From positions 6,820,001 to 6,884,000 of the forward strand of contig CM106586.1 in assembly GCA_048013815.1 (NCBI GenBank): a stretch of 64,000 bases of DNA, read 5' to 3'. The DNA comes from Setoptus koraiensis (taxonomy: Eukaryota > Animalia > Arthropoda). The notes below the pieces were generated by a model. It worked only from the letters and a program-made list of their open reading frames with translations, ran no database searches and was not told the DNA's origin. Below, in pieces: positions 22,357 through 34,952 of this stretch; position 1 is the stretch's first letter, and every line of letters starts with the position of its first letter. The position numbers were made by a program, and so were the translations under genes.

Positions 22357-22433
22357 ATGGGAGCGATACATGATACACGATAGCGATGGGAGCGATACAC
22401 GATAGCGATGGGAGAATACATGATAGCGATGGG
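22357..22433. repeat. 21-22 bp tandem repeat (GATGGGAGCGATACACGATAGC), ~3 copies, Slo2 intron 8
   Basis: Read directly; starts ~10 nt from the exon 9 acceptor. Confidence 0.75.
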
Positions 22434-22860
22434 TAACAGAGTAACAGCAGAAATGGGAGAGTCACAGCAGGAATGGGAGAGCAACAATGGATTAGATGAT
22501 CACTTCCGGTCGTGGCAGTTTTTGGCCAGTCAACAGGTGGCGTGCGGGGCGACCATGATTGCGCTTGTTTGGCCAACAGCGGGCGACCGGGCGACAGCAA
22601 GATCGACTGACGCGAGCATTTAATCATCTTGATTTCAGTTTAGCTGTCACGTCTAGCGCCAAGTGTGCGTGTCACTCTCATCTGGGTCACGTTCTTTTGT
22701 GCCGGATTTGTGCCACGGGCAAAAGTTGCAGTTTTATCCGGCGAGCGGCGGCCTCATTCGAGTTGGCACTCGCCGGACTTTGTGCGCCACTCACTCACTC
22801 ACACTCAGCTCACAATTGTAGCCAGTATAGCGACAATTGTGAGCTTGACTGGTTACTTAC

Positions 22861-23537
22861 CGTCACAAACAACGTGCTCCGCGAAGGCAACGTGAATTTT
22901 GTTCTCTGTTCGAAATATTTGCACGTACTGGGGCACGTTTGGACTGAAATCTCGGATTGCCCACGATCTCAATATGGTGTGCTCGTCAGCTGCTGACCTA
23001 TCGTTGTAGTTACGTGCCGCCAATATAAAGCACGCCTCGGCGGAATGCATTCTGGCTCTTATTAGATCCACTCCTTTCAATGCCGAGCCCTGTATATAAA
23101 TAACTCTGTTGTTCCAAGTGGGCGTCTGTAATACCATTTTCATGGTGTTATCCAAATCACAAGGTGACAATAATACAACAGAGAATGCTTGCAACAATGG
23201 ATGCGCATAGAATTCGTTCAAGAAATCCATAATTGTGTCAGCTCTCAATGTTGTCGAGCAAACAACAACGTGTTTCTCGTGCCTATTGCTGTGATGCTTG
23301 TAGCTGGCGCCCAATTTTTGTCTCTCTATCCAAAAATAGGCCAATTGCTCAAATTGTTGGGGCAAAACAATCAAGGCAACGCTAATCATTATAATGATGA
23401 ACGCCTGACTGGGCCAGGTTTCCGGCTTGAAGTCGCCGTAGCCAACAGTGGAGAATGTCACCACCACAAAGTAGATGCTCTCGAATATATTTATGTTGCG
23501 CCCGCCGGCGCGTTGGGTGTGCTGAAAGCCGCAAGCA
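22861..23537 (-). CDS. Slo2: Slo2 exon 8 (pore, S6, RCK1)
   Basis: aataatag|T GCT TGC; selectivity filter TFSTVGYGD; GAC G|gtaagt. Confidence 0.97.
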
Positions 23538-23575
23538 CTATTATTGCGATTATTTGTTGTCGTTATTATTGCCAT

Positions 23576-23653
23576 TCATATGAGCGAGTTGATCGTTGCG
23601 TCATATGAGCGGGTTGATCGTTGCGTCATACGAGCGGGTTGATTGTTGCGTCA
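23576..23653. repeat. 25-bp tandem repeat x3 (TCATATGAGCGGGTTGATCGTTGCG), intron 7
   Basis: Three copies with 1-2 mismatches each. Confidence 0.9.
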
Positions 23654-23716
23654 AATGTAAGGATGGATTGAGGCCGGCAGTTAGTATTGTTTCGGCGACA
23701 CGATATCATCGATTGG

Positions 23717-23798
23717 GAGTCGATTAGGAGTCAATTTGGAGTCGATTTGGGGTCGATTTGGAGTCGACAAAGAGTCGACAAAGAGTCGAAAGAGTCGA
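23717..23798. repeat. ~11-bp tandem repeat (GAGTCGATTTG / GAGTCGACAAA), ~8 copies, intron 7
   Basis: Read directly. Confidence 0.85.
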
Positions 23799-23830
23799 TG
23801 TAGTCAACGAGTGACCAGAGTGGGGCTCAC

Positions 23831-23919
23831 CTTGTGAAAATTAGACAAAATAGAGTAGAGATCAGTATGGTGAGTCGGTGCGAGAACACCGACGATTGGC
23901 GAAAATTGTGCAAATCATT
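23831..23919 (-). CDS. Slo2: Slo2 exon 7 (NDLHNFRQSSVFSHRLTILISTLFCLIFT, S5)
   Basis: gcacag|AAT GAT; ACA AG|gtgagc. Confidence 0.93.
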
Positions 23920-24194
23920 CTGTGCGTCCGTGAATCGATGATGATGATCGTGATGATAAATCGCCATGGTAATACGGTAATAATATCATCATATCGATAA
24001 TATGATATCATAATACCATGATAATAATATCATGATAATAGTGAATATTTCATAATCATGTACGTGAACAAGGATGACACGATAACGGTATTAGTTGGTG
24101 GGTCTGTAGCTGCAGATATACGCGATTTATCTGTAGATATCGCTCTAGATATCGTCTTGTGTAGTGACAGTGTTGTTGCACTGGCGATACTCAC

Positions 24195-24278
24195 AAACAT
24201 AGCTTCAAGGCATCGCTTGGCTAACCAAGTGTTGAGAAAGGCCGGCACAAACAGATTTCTCAGTTGTTTCCAGAATAT
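24195..24278 (-). CDS. Slo2: Slo2 exon 6 (IFWKQLRNLFVPAFLNTWLAKRCLEAMF, S4)
   Basis: ttgacag|ATA; TTT|gtgagt. Confidence 0.94.
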
Positions 24279-24407
24279 CTGTCAATGAGTCAACGGGCAA
24301 GAGTCAATTTTGTCATTATTTTATCATTACTTTATCATTATCATTTTGCCATTATCGTTAGCCGCGTGAGGGGCGATTCTTTGCGATATAATTGCGGTAT
24401 ATTGTTG

Positions 24408-24447
24408 CACAATTATATCGCCGGTATATACCGGCGATATAATTGTG
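24408..24447. repeat. Perfect 40-bp palindrome, Slo2 intron 5
   Basis: CACAATTATATCGCCGGTAT|ATACCGGCGATATAATTGTG; all 20 pairs checked by hand. Confidence 0.97.
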
Positions 24448-24531
24448 TACAGCAGTGCGCATCGCCGAGAAGGGCAGTTTCGGGGCCTCAAATGGGTGGC
24501 TAGTGATGGCTAGTGATGGCTGGTGACCTAC

Positions 24532-24603
24532 CGACAGAATGAATGGGATATTTGTCACAATCTCCAATGTAAAATGAAATGACACTATGGAAAATATGCT
24601 ATT
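24532..24603 (-). CDS. Slo2: Slo2 exon 5 (NSIFSIVSFHFTLEIVTNIPFILS, S3)
   Basis: acaacag|AAT; TCG|gtaggt. Confidence 0.92.
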
Positions 24604-24625
24604 CTGTTGTTCGGTTGTTCGCGTT

Positions 24626-24711
24626 GGTTGTTGGCCGGTTGTTGGTTGCCGGTTGTTGGTTGGCGGTTGTTGGTCGGCGGTTGTTGGCCAGTTGTTGGTT
24701 GGCGGTTGTTG
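24626..24711. repeat. 14-bp tandem repeat (GGTTGTTGGTTGGC), ~6 copies, intron 4
   Basis: Read directly. Confidence 0.85.
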
Positions 24712-24871
24712 TAAGACACGGGAGATATCGGTTAGATCGATGGTGGCATGATTAACGAGCAGCGAGATAGATGAAAGCCAGATAAATAAATAAAAGCCGG
24801 ATAAAGCGCGCCTAGTCATAATCTGGAGCCCATCTCTAATTAGGGGATTGTTAATTGAAAAGAGCACTTAC

Positions 24872-24931
24872 TTTGTATGTGAGGTACTGCATGAGGATGG
24901 CCTCGATAAAACATATCACAGCTATAATTGT
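24872..24931 (-). CDS. Slo2: Slo2 exon 4 (TIIAVICFIEAILMQYLTYK, S2)
   Basis: actgcag|ACA; AAA|gtaagt. Confidence 0.92.
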
Positions 24932-25210
24932 CTGCAGTGCGATAACAATGCAACAGTGGAATATAACAGTGGATAGATGGCGAGATTAGATTTGATTTGA
25001 TCGTAGCCAACAGCGGCGAGCCGTCGCAACGCCGTCGTCTTAACAATGGCGCGCGAAGCAAAACTGCCCGCCGGCTCACTAATAATTACATTGCGTAATC
25101 ACCCAATTGGATGATGGCACCACGACGGCACACCGACGCCACACCGATAGCACAATGATGGCTCCCAAGCGAGCAACCGACGGATCAGTGTGGGGGCGTG
25201 CGGCGGTGCG

Positions 25211-25255
25211 CGACCCGAGCGACCCGAGCGACCCGAGCGACCCGAGCGACCTGAG
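25211..25255. repeat. 9-bp tandem repeat (CGACCCGAG) x5, beside the exon 3 donor
   Basis: Read directly. Confidence 0.92.
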
Positions 25256-25263
25256 CGACTCAC

Positions 25264-25411
25264 CTGAAAGAACCAGAGAATTGGTTTTCTATCCACCCAA
25301 AAGAAGGCACGCCAATTGATGGGCCCGTCGTAGACGTTGCTCTTATCTGGCACAGATTCCAGCACTGTATTATAGGAGCTGTTGTACTGTTGAGCGGGAG
25401 CACATCCGTAA
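25264..25411 (-). CDS. Slo2: Slo2 exon 3 (YGCAPAQ...INWRAFFWVDRKPILWFFQ)
   Basis: gcgcccag|T TAC GGA TGT; CAG|gtgagt. Confidence 0.92.
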
Positions 25412-25422
25412 CTGGGCGCCCC

Positions 25423-25471
25423 GGCAGCACATTTTTTGGCAGCACATTTTTTGGCAGTACATTTTTGGCAC
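25423..25471. repeat. 15-bp tandem repeat (GGCAGCACATTTTTT) x3, beside the exon 3 acceptor
   Basis: Read directly. Confidence 0.9.
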
Positions 25472-25636
25472 ACAATATACGCACAATGTGCGATATTTAA
25501 TATATTATATTTGTTAGTTTTATCAGTTTTAGTTTTTTGTCGGTGGATTAGTGTGTGTAGTGGATGATTACGTAATGCACTGATAAGCAGCGTGCATTAC
25601 GCTTAACGAGAAAGAATTGGTTTGGCGCTAACTCAC

Positions 25637-25816
25637 CAGTTGGCAACCAGGGGTCCCTTGTCTAGTATTACTCGTATTACGTAGAGCAAACAAGCAAGCG
25701 ATTTGAGCACTAATTTGATGGATCTGATGTACAAGCTGACATTGTGGTCCTTGATGAAATACATTTGCAATTGTTCCTTGATTGTGTTCTCACTATTGTA
25801 AAACTCGACGCGAACT
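25637..25816 (-). CDS. Slo2: Slo2 exon 2 (VRVEFYNSENTIKEQLQMYFIKD ... S1)
   Basis: aatgcag|A GTT CGC GTC GAG TTT; AAC TG|gtgagt; matches the KCNT RV.VEFY.NENT.KE.L..F.IK motif. Confidence 0.94.
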
Positions 25817-25902
25817 CTGCATTGGTTTCGGTCCAATTTGGTGCCAATTTCATTTTGTTGTTTGATTTTTTTTTTGATGGGGGCCGGTGCGTCAGGTGCC
25901 GG

Positions 25903-25974
25903 TGTATCGAGTATGTCGGATATGTCGGGTGTGTCGGGTGTGTCGGGTGTGTCGGGTATGTCGGGTATGTTCGG
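25903..25974. repeat. 9-bp tandem repeat (TRTGTCGGG) x7-8
   Basis: Read directly. Confidence 0.9.
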
Positions 25975-28900
25975 TGCATTGTTGTCGCGGCAAGACCAAG
26001 GAGTGACAGTTGAGTGAGTTGCGACGACAGTTAATTAATTGTATCACGCACCAAACGGATGAATGAGGGTTGTGAATAACGATATAAGGGGATTATTATC
26101 GGTTAGTGTCGAGCGTTGATTATCAATAAACAGATTAGCGCTTATAAGTAGCCATGAGTGAGGCTGCCGTAATTACGGCCTTATTATGGCCCATAATGGA
26201 TATGCCAGATATGGCAGCTACATGCATCCTGCCAAACACACCGGTGACCCGTAATGAGCACGGCTGAGCGAATAACTGTTAGCTGGCCAGTGTCCGGGCC
26301 GGTTCGCGAGCCGGATAGCCGGACATATAGCAGCGTTAGATAGTTGCAGCTTTGGAGCTTTGGAGCTTGGGAGCGTCGGATAGTTGGCGCGATGGACAGT
26401 GAGCAAAGTTGGCCAAAAGTAGCAGCTCAAAGAGGCCCAAAGAGGCCTGCAGAGGCCCGAAGAGGCCCAAAAAAGGGGGCCTATATCGGCGATGTGACAT
26501 GTCGCGATAAGCTCATCAAATGTGACGAGCCACATATAATATAATTATGTTATTATTGTGCGAGTTGCAGTTGTCGATGGGCGACTGTCTGGATACGATT
26601 GCAGAGCAAATTGCGATAGATAACAAGTGCATTCGTTTGTCAGTTGTCGTTGCGTTTGATTGCAGCGCCCACTGCGGCGCCCATTATAATGATGAGCAAT
26701 AGCAATTATCTGTCGCTCGTGCGCTCGCTAGCTCGCTGGCTCGCCAGTTGTATCATCATAAATAAGGGGTCGCAGATATAAACAATTGCAGTGATTTAAG
26801 GTGACGCGCGTGACTTGCCAGCAGCATCAACTGCTGCCAATGTCGCCGCCCATGTCACCTGTGCGCACGGCGCACAGGTGAGCGGGCCAAAAAGGGGCCG
26901 CAAGTGAGAACAAAACGACAACAAAACGCCGACCAACCGGCCCACTAAATCTAATCCCGTCTGTCTCGTCTGTTTGTTTGTTTGCTTGTTTGCCGAACCA
27001 GGTGAGTGGGGCCCCAAATGGCAGCGGCATGACGTGAACGACGTGACACACAGCCAACGAAATGTCACGTGACATAATGCGCGCGCCAGGGTGTGCCAGT
27101 GACAGCCCGACAGTGACTTGTTTGCGGCCTCATGCAGCCCGCCGTACAGCCCGTGTACTTGTGTACCCGTGTGCCCGTATACCCGCGTGTATCCGCGCTC
27201 TCATTGCTGTCATGTTGCTGGGGTATTATTGAGCGGGTAATTGCAGAAATAGCGGCCGACAAGAGTTATAGTTTGCGAGCATTACGAGCTAGAAAATATA
27301 TTACAAGGCGCCACATTTGCATCGCTGCGCCGCTTGGCCAACATATGGCACGAGCAACAGTGACGCGCAATTAGTCTCTATTAATAGTCGCAATTTATAT
27401 ATGTTAGTCATTTGGGCCCCTTTTCTTGGCCCCACTGCAACCGTAACTGTGATCGGTTCAAAAATACACTACTCGCTGCACAACAACAAATCGCGGCAGC
27501 CACAATCCAACCAATTATTGGCAACCTTGTCACTTCGACAGCCCATATGGTTTAATTGCGTCATGCGTTATGCAAATTGTTTGGCGCTCGTTGTTTCATA
27601 AAATCTCGTTGTTTTATTTTATAAAATCTTGCTGTTGCATAAAATCTTGTTGTTGTTTGCCTGTTCTGTGATTTCACTGTGTAATGTCAACATTCGTACA
27701 AGCAATCGAGACAAGACAATCTCGTTGCAGTCGAACGCAAGCTCGCTGCAAATCACGCCAGCGACAAATTCTATTATGTCTAATATGGCAGTTATTTCAT
27801 CAATTTTTAATTCACGGGCTTATTTGTCTTGACACATTCGCTTGTTATTTATCTGAAATCGATCGCATGCGCTGCTTAAAAATATTGTGCAATGTGTGCG
27901 ATGCCACCCGCTGATGTATGGCCCGAATTTACCTGTATTTATTCATTTTTCAGCGCCCCAAAGTCACCGGCATCGAAGGCCGACTTGTCGCGATAGTCAG
28001 TACAACACACACGCCGCCCCGCCACAGGTAACCGGTACAATAAATAGCCGTATCAGACTAATTTGTTGTGACATTTTTATCGCACTCGATTTAAGATGGT
28101 TGCATTCTTCTATTTGGTGCACGCCGTTGCTGGCAAAAGTGTCTACTTGTGGCCTCAAATTGTGTATTTTTGACAGAGTCTAGTCATCCTGGCGCGCTTA
28201 TCTCGGTAGACATCTTATCATCTATCGTCTATCCAGTGTCGTGTCTGGCATAGGCGTCCAATAGAGAGCTATTAAAAGATTGATCAATCATTATTTGGCG
28301 CAAAGCCATTGTTGTTATCAGCGCGCGCAACAACAATAATGAGCGGCATGCAAATTTTTGTTATTTTGGCGACAACAACACAAATCACGATCACATCATC
28401 ATTCTGTTGCCAGCCAGCTCAATAAAGCCAATCTGCACTACATACGATACACGATATGATTGTGACGCAATCATTGTGTGTGTGTGTACGCGTGGGAGGT
28501 ATGTGTCATCTGTGGGCGCCCATTTTGATTGATTGGCCAGTCGAGCAGAGATCTAATAGAGCAGATTATTTAGAAATGAATTTGTTCTTGGTCGGCATGC
28601 AAGATTGCCCCTGCACTGTTACGTAACAACGCACAGTTATTACGAAACAACGCACAGTTATTACGCAACAACACATAGTGTTTGTGCGACCAGATGATCG
28701 AGAGACGCCCAGAGAAAAGTAAACACCGGACCGGGCAAATCGACCCTGGTGCGCCAGGCCGAAATGGGTCCGGTATTGAGCTCGATATGCAATGATGACC
28801 GCTGACAACTTGCGCGGTATGATGACCAAACATTGCGTGCATCGCGTCCTTTTCAAACCGCTGTCTCAGATCGTGCAAGTTGAAGTGACTTTGATGCAGG

Positions 28901-31885
28901 GACAAACAACAATGATTATTTAATTGTGCTTCTTTGAACCACTGGTGCCGGTCAGCGCGCTCAAAAGTGGCGCCCCAAAAAGGAGAAATCCATCCATCCA
29001 GAGATTCAATTCTGTTACACAATTTCTGTATAGATACATGATACCTCGTTCATCAGCAACAAACAACAAATACAACATTGATTGTCATCATCTATTGTGA
29101 TACAACTGACTGATGATTGCAACAAGACACGATGATACTGTCGCCACAGCTACCCATTTACTCGCCACCCTCCCCATACAAGTACATGATACAACACACC
29201 GCACAGCAATAGCGGTCAGCTAGACAACAACGGAAATAAGATCACCAGACACAAACAAAGACACTGACACGCACCACGTGCGATCAAATTACAACCGGAA
29301 GTTGCGTATTTTTTCCCGCGAGCGCGCGCGCGCGCTGTCGAGACTAGACTGTGTCTAGACTGGCTACAAAAGCGATATAGACAGAGAGAAATATATCTTT
29401 GGATCAGTGTTGGGTCTATGAGTGACTCTTGTGATAAACACAACACAGCGGCACAATCAGACGACAAGTCTGACTGCTAAACTAAATGCTAACTTACAAG
29501 TTGTCAGAATAGCCGCCGAAACAGACGTCTCGTGTTGCTCGTGTTTGCACGTGCAACTCTCTCTATATGTAGTGTATATTTTTCTCGTTAGGGCATGGTC
29601 ACTAGATGGATGGGGTTACTGGTCACTTGCTGTGGAACGCGACGCACTCCAAGCGGCTGGCCAGCGAATCAGAGTCGACCATTGGCCTGAATGCGTCTAG
29701 ACACATATATACATGTGCGTATGTGTAAACGGTATGTCGGACTGTTCGAGTAAGTGTCTGAGTGTATATATGTCGACGGCGAGAGACCCAAATCGATTCT
29801 GGCCCCAATCATTTCTTGAGTGATTCTCTATTCTCACAAGTTTGTCTCACAAGCATGTAAATAGTGCCAGCGACAAAGTAGCCAGAAAGTATTAACTGCG
29901 AGCTGTCACAAAATACAACAAACTAGCTATTTTTGGCACGTTTATATCGCGCTCGAATGTCACGTCGACCATTGGTGACATTTCGGCATTCTTGTCGGCT
30001 GGCCAATGCGAATGAGAGAATGCAATGAACACACATGCGAAAAAAGACTTCGGCTTGCTCCGCTATTGGTCGCTTCAATCACTCGAAATAGTAGCTGTGC
30101 ATTGATTATTCATGGTGTATCAAGTGAATGGTGACTCGAGTGAAAGTGCCAAGTGCTAATCAAATGAATGAATCACAACAACTGGCGGCCGATTGAAGCA
30201 ACACAAAAAGTGGGCCAACGGCATGCCAATCAGCGACAACATTCAATGTTGTCTCTGGCAATCGCAAGCGACAAAACAAACAAGCCACTCGTGCCCACTG
30301 ACCACTGGCGATTCTATCGCACCGGAAGCGACAAAATGGAGCCCCTCGAGCGTGTCGCAAGCCCGTGCGGCTGTCGCTGGTCGTCGGGTTGTGTCGTTGT
30401 CGCTGTTGTCGTTGCTGTTCTATATCCCGAGTCGCCGAGGCGACAGCTCATCTGGTTGTCAAACAGTGAACATGGCACCAGAACCAGTATAAAAATTGGC
30501 CCTTGGTTGGGCGAAAATTTTCGGAAAATTTGCGAATTACACACAATCAGCATATTGCGGCCACATTGCTCATAAATTACGACCGTGCATGACTCGTCGA
30601 CAGTGTGAGCCAGGCGAGAAATAAATGAGCAAAATAACGGGCCAATCCACGCGTCTAATATGAACGAGCGGGCCGGATACGGGTGCCACTCGGTGGGGTG
30701 AATGAAAAGCGAGCGACACCCTCTTTTTATCCGCCCGGGCCGGGCTGGGGCGCGCTCGAGAAGCTCGCCATCACAACTGATCAATTGAAGTGTGAAAAAC
30801 GAAAGTAAAAAAGAAGTTTCCAAAATCAAATCACAACCAGTCATGTGTGCTACATTGGATGCCCCGGCGGCGTGCGCGCTGCCGAAGAAATTCACCGGAG
30901 CGAGTATATTAATACTCGTTGGCCCCAATATTTCCATCCAACTAACATTCACTGTCTGGCTAGACAACACTAATTGGGGCCCCGTCTTGTGTGTGTCTTA
31001 GAATGTGCAAAATTGCGGGCTCGACAGTGGCCTTGCATCGATCGGGGGACGCGCGGCCGATCGCCCGACGCGATATTTGATGGCATGAACACACCCGAAA
31101 TTATTATTGCCAAATTATAGCCATTTTATCACACTGTGTCAATTGACACATTTGAATGAATATTCAAATGATGCTCGCGGTGCCATGTAATGGCCGTTAG
31201 CCAGCCAATTGGGCGCACCAATCCGGTTGCCGGCAGTCGCTGGTAGTTGGCGCCCGCTGTCAACCTTATTTTGGCCGGCCCGTTTGATTGAGCACGACGC
31301 GCTCGCAGATATTGCCGTGATTTTGGCGACAATTTGTGTAATATATATTTATATTATATATCAAATCGGTGCATAATGACACTGACAGAGGATCAGCGCC
31401 CCTCTCGGTGATCTCTGGCGCCCCCTTCGGTGACGACTGGCGCCCCTTTCGGCGATAGCTGGCGCCAGCGCCGGTTATAAAACCGGATATGGAATGGAAA
31501 GAGTGGGCACGCTCCAATGTCCGCCGCGACACCTACAAACTAATAAACTAATGGCAGGCTAATAGCGCGCGATTCGTGATGGAGATTTCTGTCGAGATAG
31601 CGAGCCGACACACACACATATAACAAGTAGCAATAATAAAGCAAAAATAAATACGCCAGAGAGATTAGCATCAAACGTGAACGCTGATAGACTGCGTGTC
31701 TAGACGGTCACAGTCACAAAATAACAAACTAATAGACTATTCATTCATGAAGAACGGGCTTATTTATACTTTTATCGCTGTATCAGCCAGCCACTGACAA
31801 GTAACGGTCTTTGTCACGGGCCCCGAACTGAATTGCAGTTCACGCATAGCGACCATTCTTCGTTGGCCCAATTCTTTGGCCCGCT

Positions 31886-31930
31886 CAACGGCAACAACAA
31901 CAGCGACAACAACGACGACAGCGACAACAG

Positions 31931-31964
<34 letters not shown>

Positions 31965-32017
31965 AGCGACAACAACAACAGCGACAACAACAACAGCGAC
32001 AACAACAACAGCGACAA
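31886..32017. repeat. Compound (CAA/CAG/CGA)n trinucleotide tract
   Basis: Repeated CGACAACAACAACAG units. Confidence 0.92.
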
Positions 32018-33112
32018 TGGGGGATGCCATCATTATTCATTGTTGTGGTTGTTGCGGTTGTTTACCTGCGCGTGTTTAAAAACTGGACCAGCGTGGAAAT
32101 TGTGTGTTGAAAAAGTTGCCGGCGACACGTTACAGTTGTTTGTCGTGTTGCACGTGCAACTCAGGTAGCCGGCTATTCAATTTGCCTGTTACATAATGCA
32201 ACTTTATTACGTCGCTGGTTACATGGAGTGGCGATCAATCAGCGGCTCTCTCATCGATCATCTTTGCCAACAACAACAACAACAACAACGACAACGGCGG
32301 CAACAACAACAACATCGATGACTGGTGCTTGCCGTCGCTGGTCAACTCGACACAACTGACAGCTCGTGAATCGTCTGGCGCGTCGCCGCATCCCAAGTTC
32401 ACGCGTAAATTTGGCAATGGGGCGACATGTAGCGACGAATTTGTTTTATGGCACTCATGAATATCGGTGTATGGTTTTGCATAAATAGCGCAACGAGAAC
32501 GATCGTGAATATTCAAGCGGCATTATATAATATATTGATACATGCTCATCGTATGCGACACACAACACTATCAACAACAATCCATTACATATACAGGCTC
32601 ACCTGTACACCTCTATTACCTGTATACATAATACCCGTGTATATAATACCTGAGTATATAGTACCGGCGTGCATAATACCCGTGTATATGACACGACGGC
32701 AGCGGCTCATTGTTTCGGGTGCGCATAATGCCGCTGATAGGGCGCGCTATCAGCGTTAGTTTGTCACAATTAGACTGGCCATGTTTTTGTTACATCATCA
32801 TCATCATCATCACCGTCACGATGGCCGTCGGCGTCGTCATGGTGCCGTTATTTATCATCATTAGCAGTGGCGGTGTATTAATGTCGCTAATTCATAAACT
32901 GTGTCACACGTTGCGTGCGCCCTCGGCCGGCCAACCTTTACGCCCGACACGGCTAATCTGGCCCTGATTTGTCGTTCCGGCGAAATATCCGCCAATCTAT
33001 TTCGCTGGCCAGCGGTCGGATTGGGCGCCCAGCCTGTGCTGAACAAATCACTGCGGCCCAAAATAATAATTTCTGATTAGTTTTCTTGGTATTTCGTGTA
33101 CGTCAAGTAGCA

Positions 33113-33160
33113 CGGACGGACGGACGGACGGACGGACGGACGGACGGACGGACGGACGGA
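33113..33160. repeat. (CGGA)12 perfect tetranucleotide microsatellite
   Basis: Read directly. Confidence 0.95.
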
Positions 33161-33812
33161 TAACGAGCGCCGCCGACACGGAACTGACCAAATTATTGGT
33201 TGGCCATCATTTTGCGCAGGGCCGGCGGCAGGGGGCCAGCGCCTTTGCTGTTTCGCTGCAGCGTTCAGACTGCACTCAGTCTAGTTTATACTGCACTCAG
33301 TGTAGACTCTAGAGTGAAATAGCCAAATAGAGACAAATGGCCCCCTATTGCCGAAGGCCGGCAAACACTTGGCTGGCGTTACACATGTTAGGTCACGCTC
33401 GGGGCCTGTTTTGGGCCGCCGCTCGCGTGCAATTGATTGACAGTGCCCGCTAGTACCAGCGCCCACCGCCAGTCCGCTGGGGCAGTAATCAATCGACAAT
33501 TAATTTTTAGTCAGCTAAACGAATTGAGACTAATTGAGCAGTAAGACACTAATAACTCGCTTGGCAGATATGCGCGCCTAGCGCCTCAGCCGGGGATCTG
33601 GCGAGCTGCGAGCCGAGCCGAGCCGAGTCGAGTTGTTTGATCACGATGATGATTGTGATTAGTTGTTGTTGTTGCAGTTGTAGTTGCTGCTGTTATGTGG
33701 CGCGATCTATTGCGCAACAACTTTCATAAAAGTCGGCTCGCTAATGGACTGGCAGTGGCACCGGCCAATCAAGCCACTTTCGGCCAGCTCAATCTCGAGA
33801 GTTCGGCCGCTT

Positions 33813-33848
33813 CGTTGTTGTTGCTGTCGTTGTTGTTGTTGCTGTCGT

Positions 33849-33880
<32 letters not shown>

Positions 33881-33933
33881 CTGTCGTTGTTGTTGCTGCT
33901 GTCGTTGTTGCAGTTGTTGCAGCTGTTGTTGTT
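33813..33933. repeat. Compound (GTT/GCT/GTC)n trinucleotide tract
   Basis: Read directly. Confidence 0.92.
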
Positions 33934-34898
33934 CGTGTGAGTGCCAGATCAATCTTCGGGCCAACAACAAACGCACACATTTAATTTATACTTCTGCTTT
34001 ATCTGGCCTCTTTATCCGCTCGCGGGCCCCTCTCTCGCTCTCGCGTTTATCTCTTTATCCTTTCATCCTTGCTGCCATCGTTTCATTTTGGCTCTGGCCT
34101 CATCGCGGGCGCTCACACAATTCACAGACGCAGCCAGGATCTTTCACAATATCTGGCTTGTTATTGTTATGTCTTGTTCTGGTTCGGCTCGGCGCCCGCA
34201 CGTGTTAGTGTACGTGTTCGTGTACGTGTACGAGCGCGTGAGTGTAAGTGTGCCAGCCAGAATATTACCACACCAGACACTGGCCAGAGAATATTTGTTG
34301 GGGCGGCCAGCCGTTTCACAGGCAGCAGCAGCAGCAGATATTTGGTAAGGCTGAATTGAATTGCCAACAAACGCACCGAAACGAAACATTGTTTTGTTTT
34401 TTGGCCACCATTCTGTGGCCGATTTGCCATTTTGTTTTTTGGCCTCAATCGCTTCGTGCGCAATACATTTTCGGTCGAGCCGAGGCGCCAGTTACTGGCT
34501 AAAAATTGTTTATGGGCCCCATAATATGGGGCTCATATTCAGAGTTCATATTTTCGCAAGGCGCCCAAAATATTCTTGATGGGCCACCACAAAGTTGCCA
34601 TCATCGCGTGCCCGGTCGCTTAATCTCGGCTATATTATATTATTATATTGTTATTATTTTTGTTGGTGATGGGGCCAGACCGCCAACCACCGAAACGATG
34701 GGGCCACCACAACGTGCGCCACTCCATTGATGTCCATTGAATGGAGTGCATGACCCAAGTGCTGCACTCAATTAAGCCATAAATAATCTGTTTCGCGAGC
34801 ATACGCGACTGAATATATATCTCAAATTTCCAAGCCCACTTTTCAATCCGCTGTCTCAACTGTCTGACTTTTTGCGCCCCATCTGGCGACTCGGGGTT

Positions 34899-34952
34899 CC
34901 GATGGCCCCGATGGCTCCGATGGCTCCGATGGTCCCGATGGTCCCAATGGGG
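34899..34952. repeat. 9-bp tandem repeat (CCGATGGCT / CCGATGGTC) x6
   Basis: Read directly. Confidence 0.9.

Noticed and set aside
20791-22627. Long plus-strand and alternative-frame ORFs over Slo2 exon 9 (e.g. 20880-21806, 308 aa)
   Set aside because: Shadow frames of a GC-rich coding exon.
26399-26410. GTGAGCAAAGTT matching the 5' end of miR-87
   Set aside because: The match stops after 12 nt and I found no complementary precursor arm.
31471-31486. TATAAAA inside a CCGGTT/AACCGG hairpin, a possible antisense promoter in intron 1
   Set aside because: A single short word with no supporting initiator or ORF.
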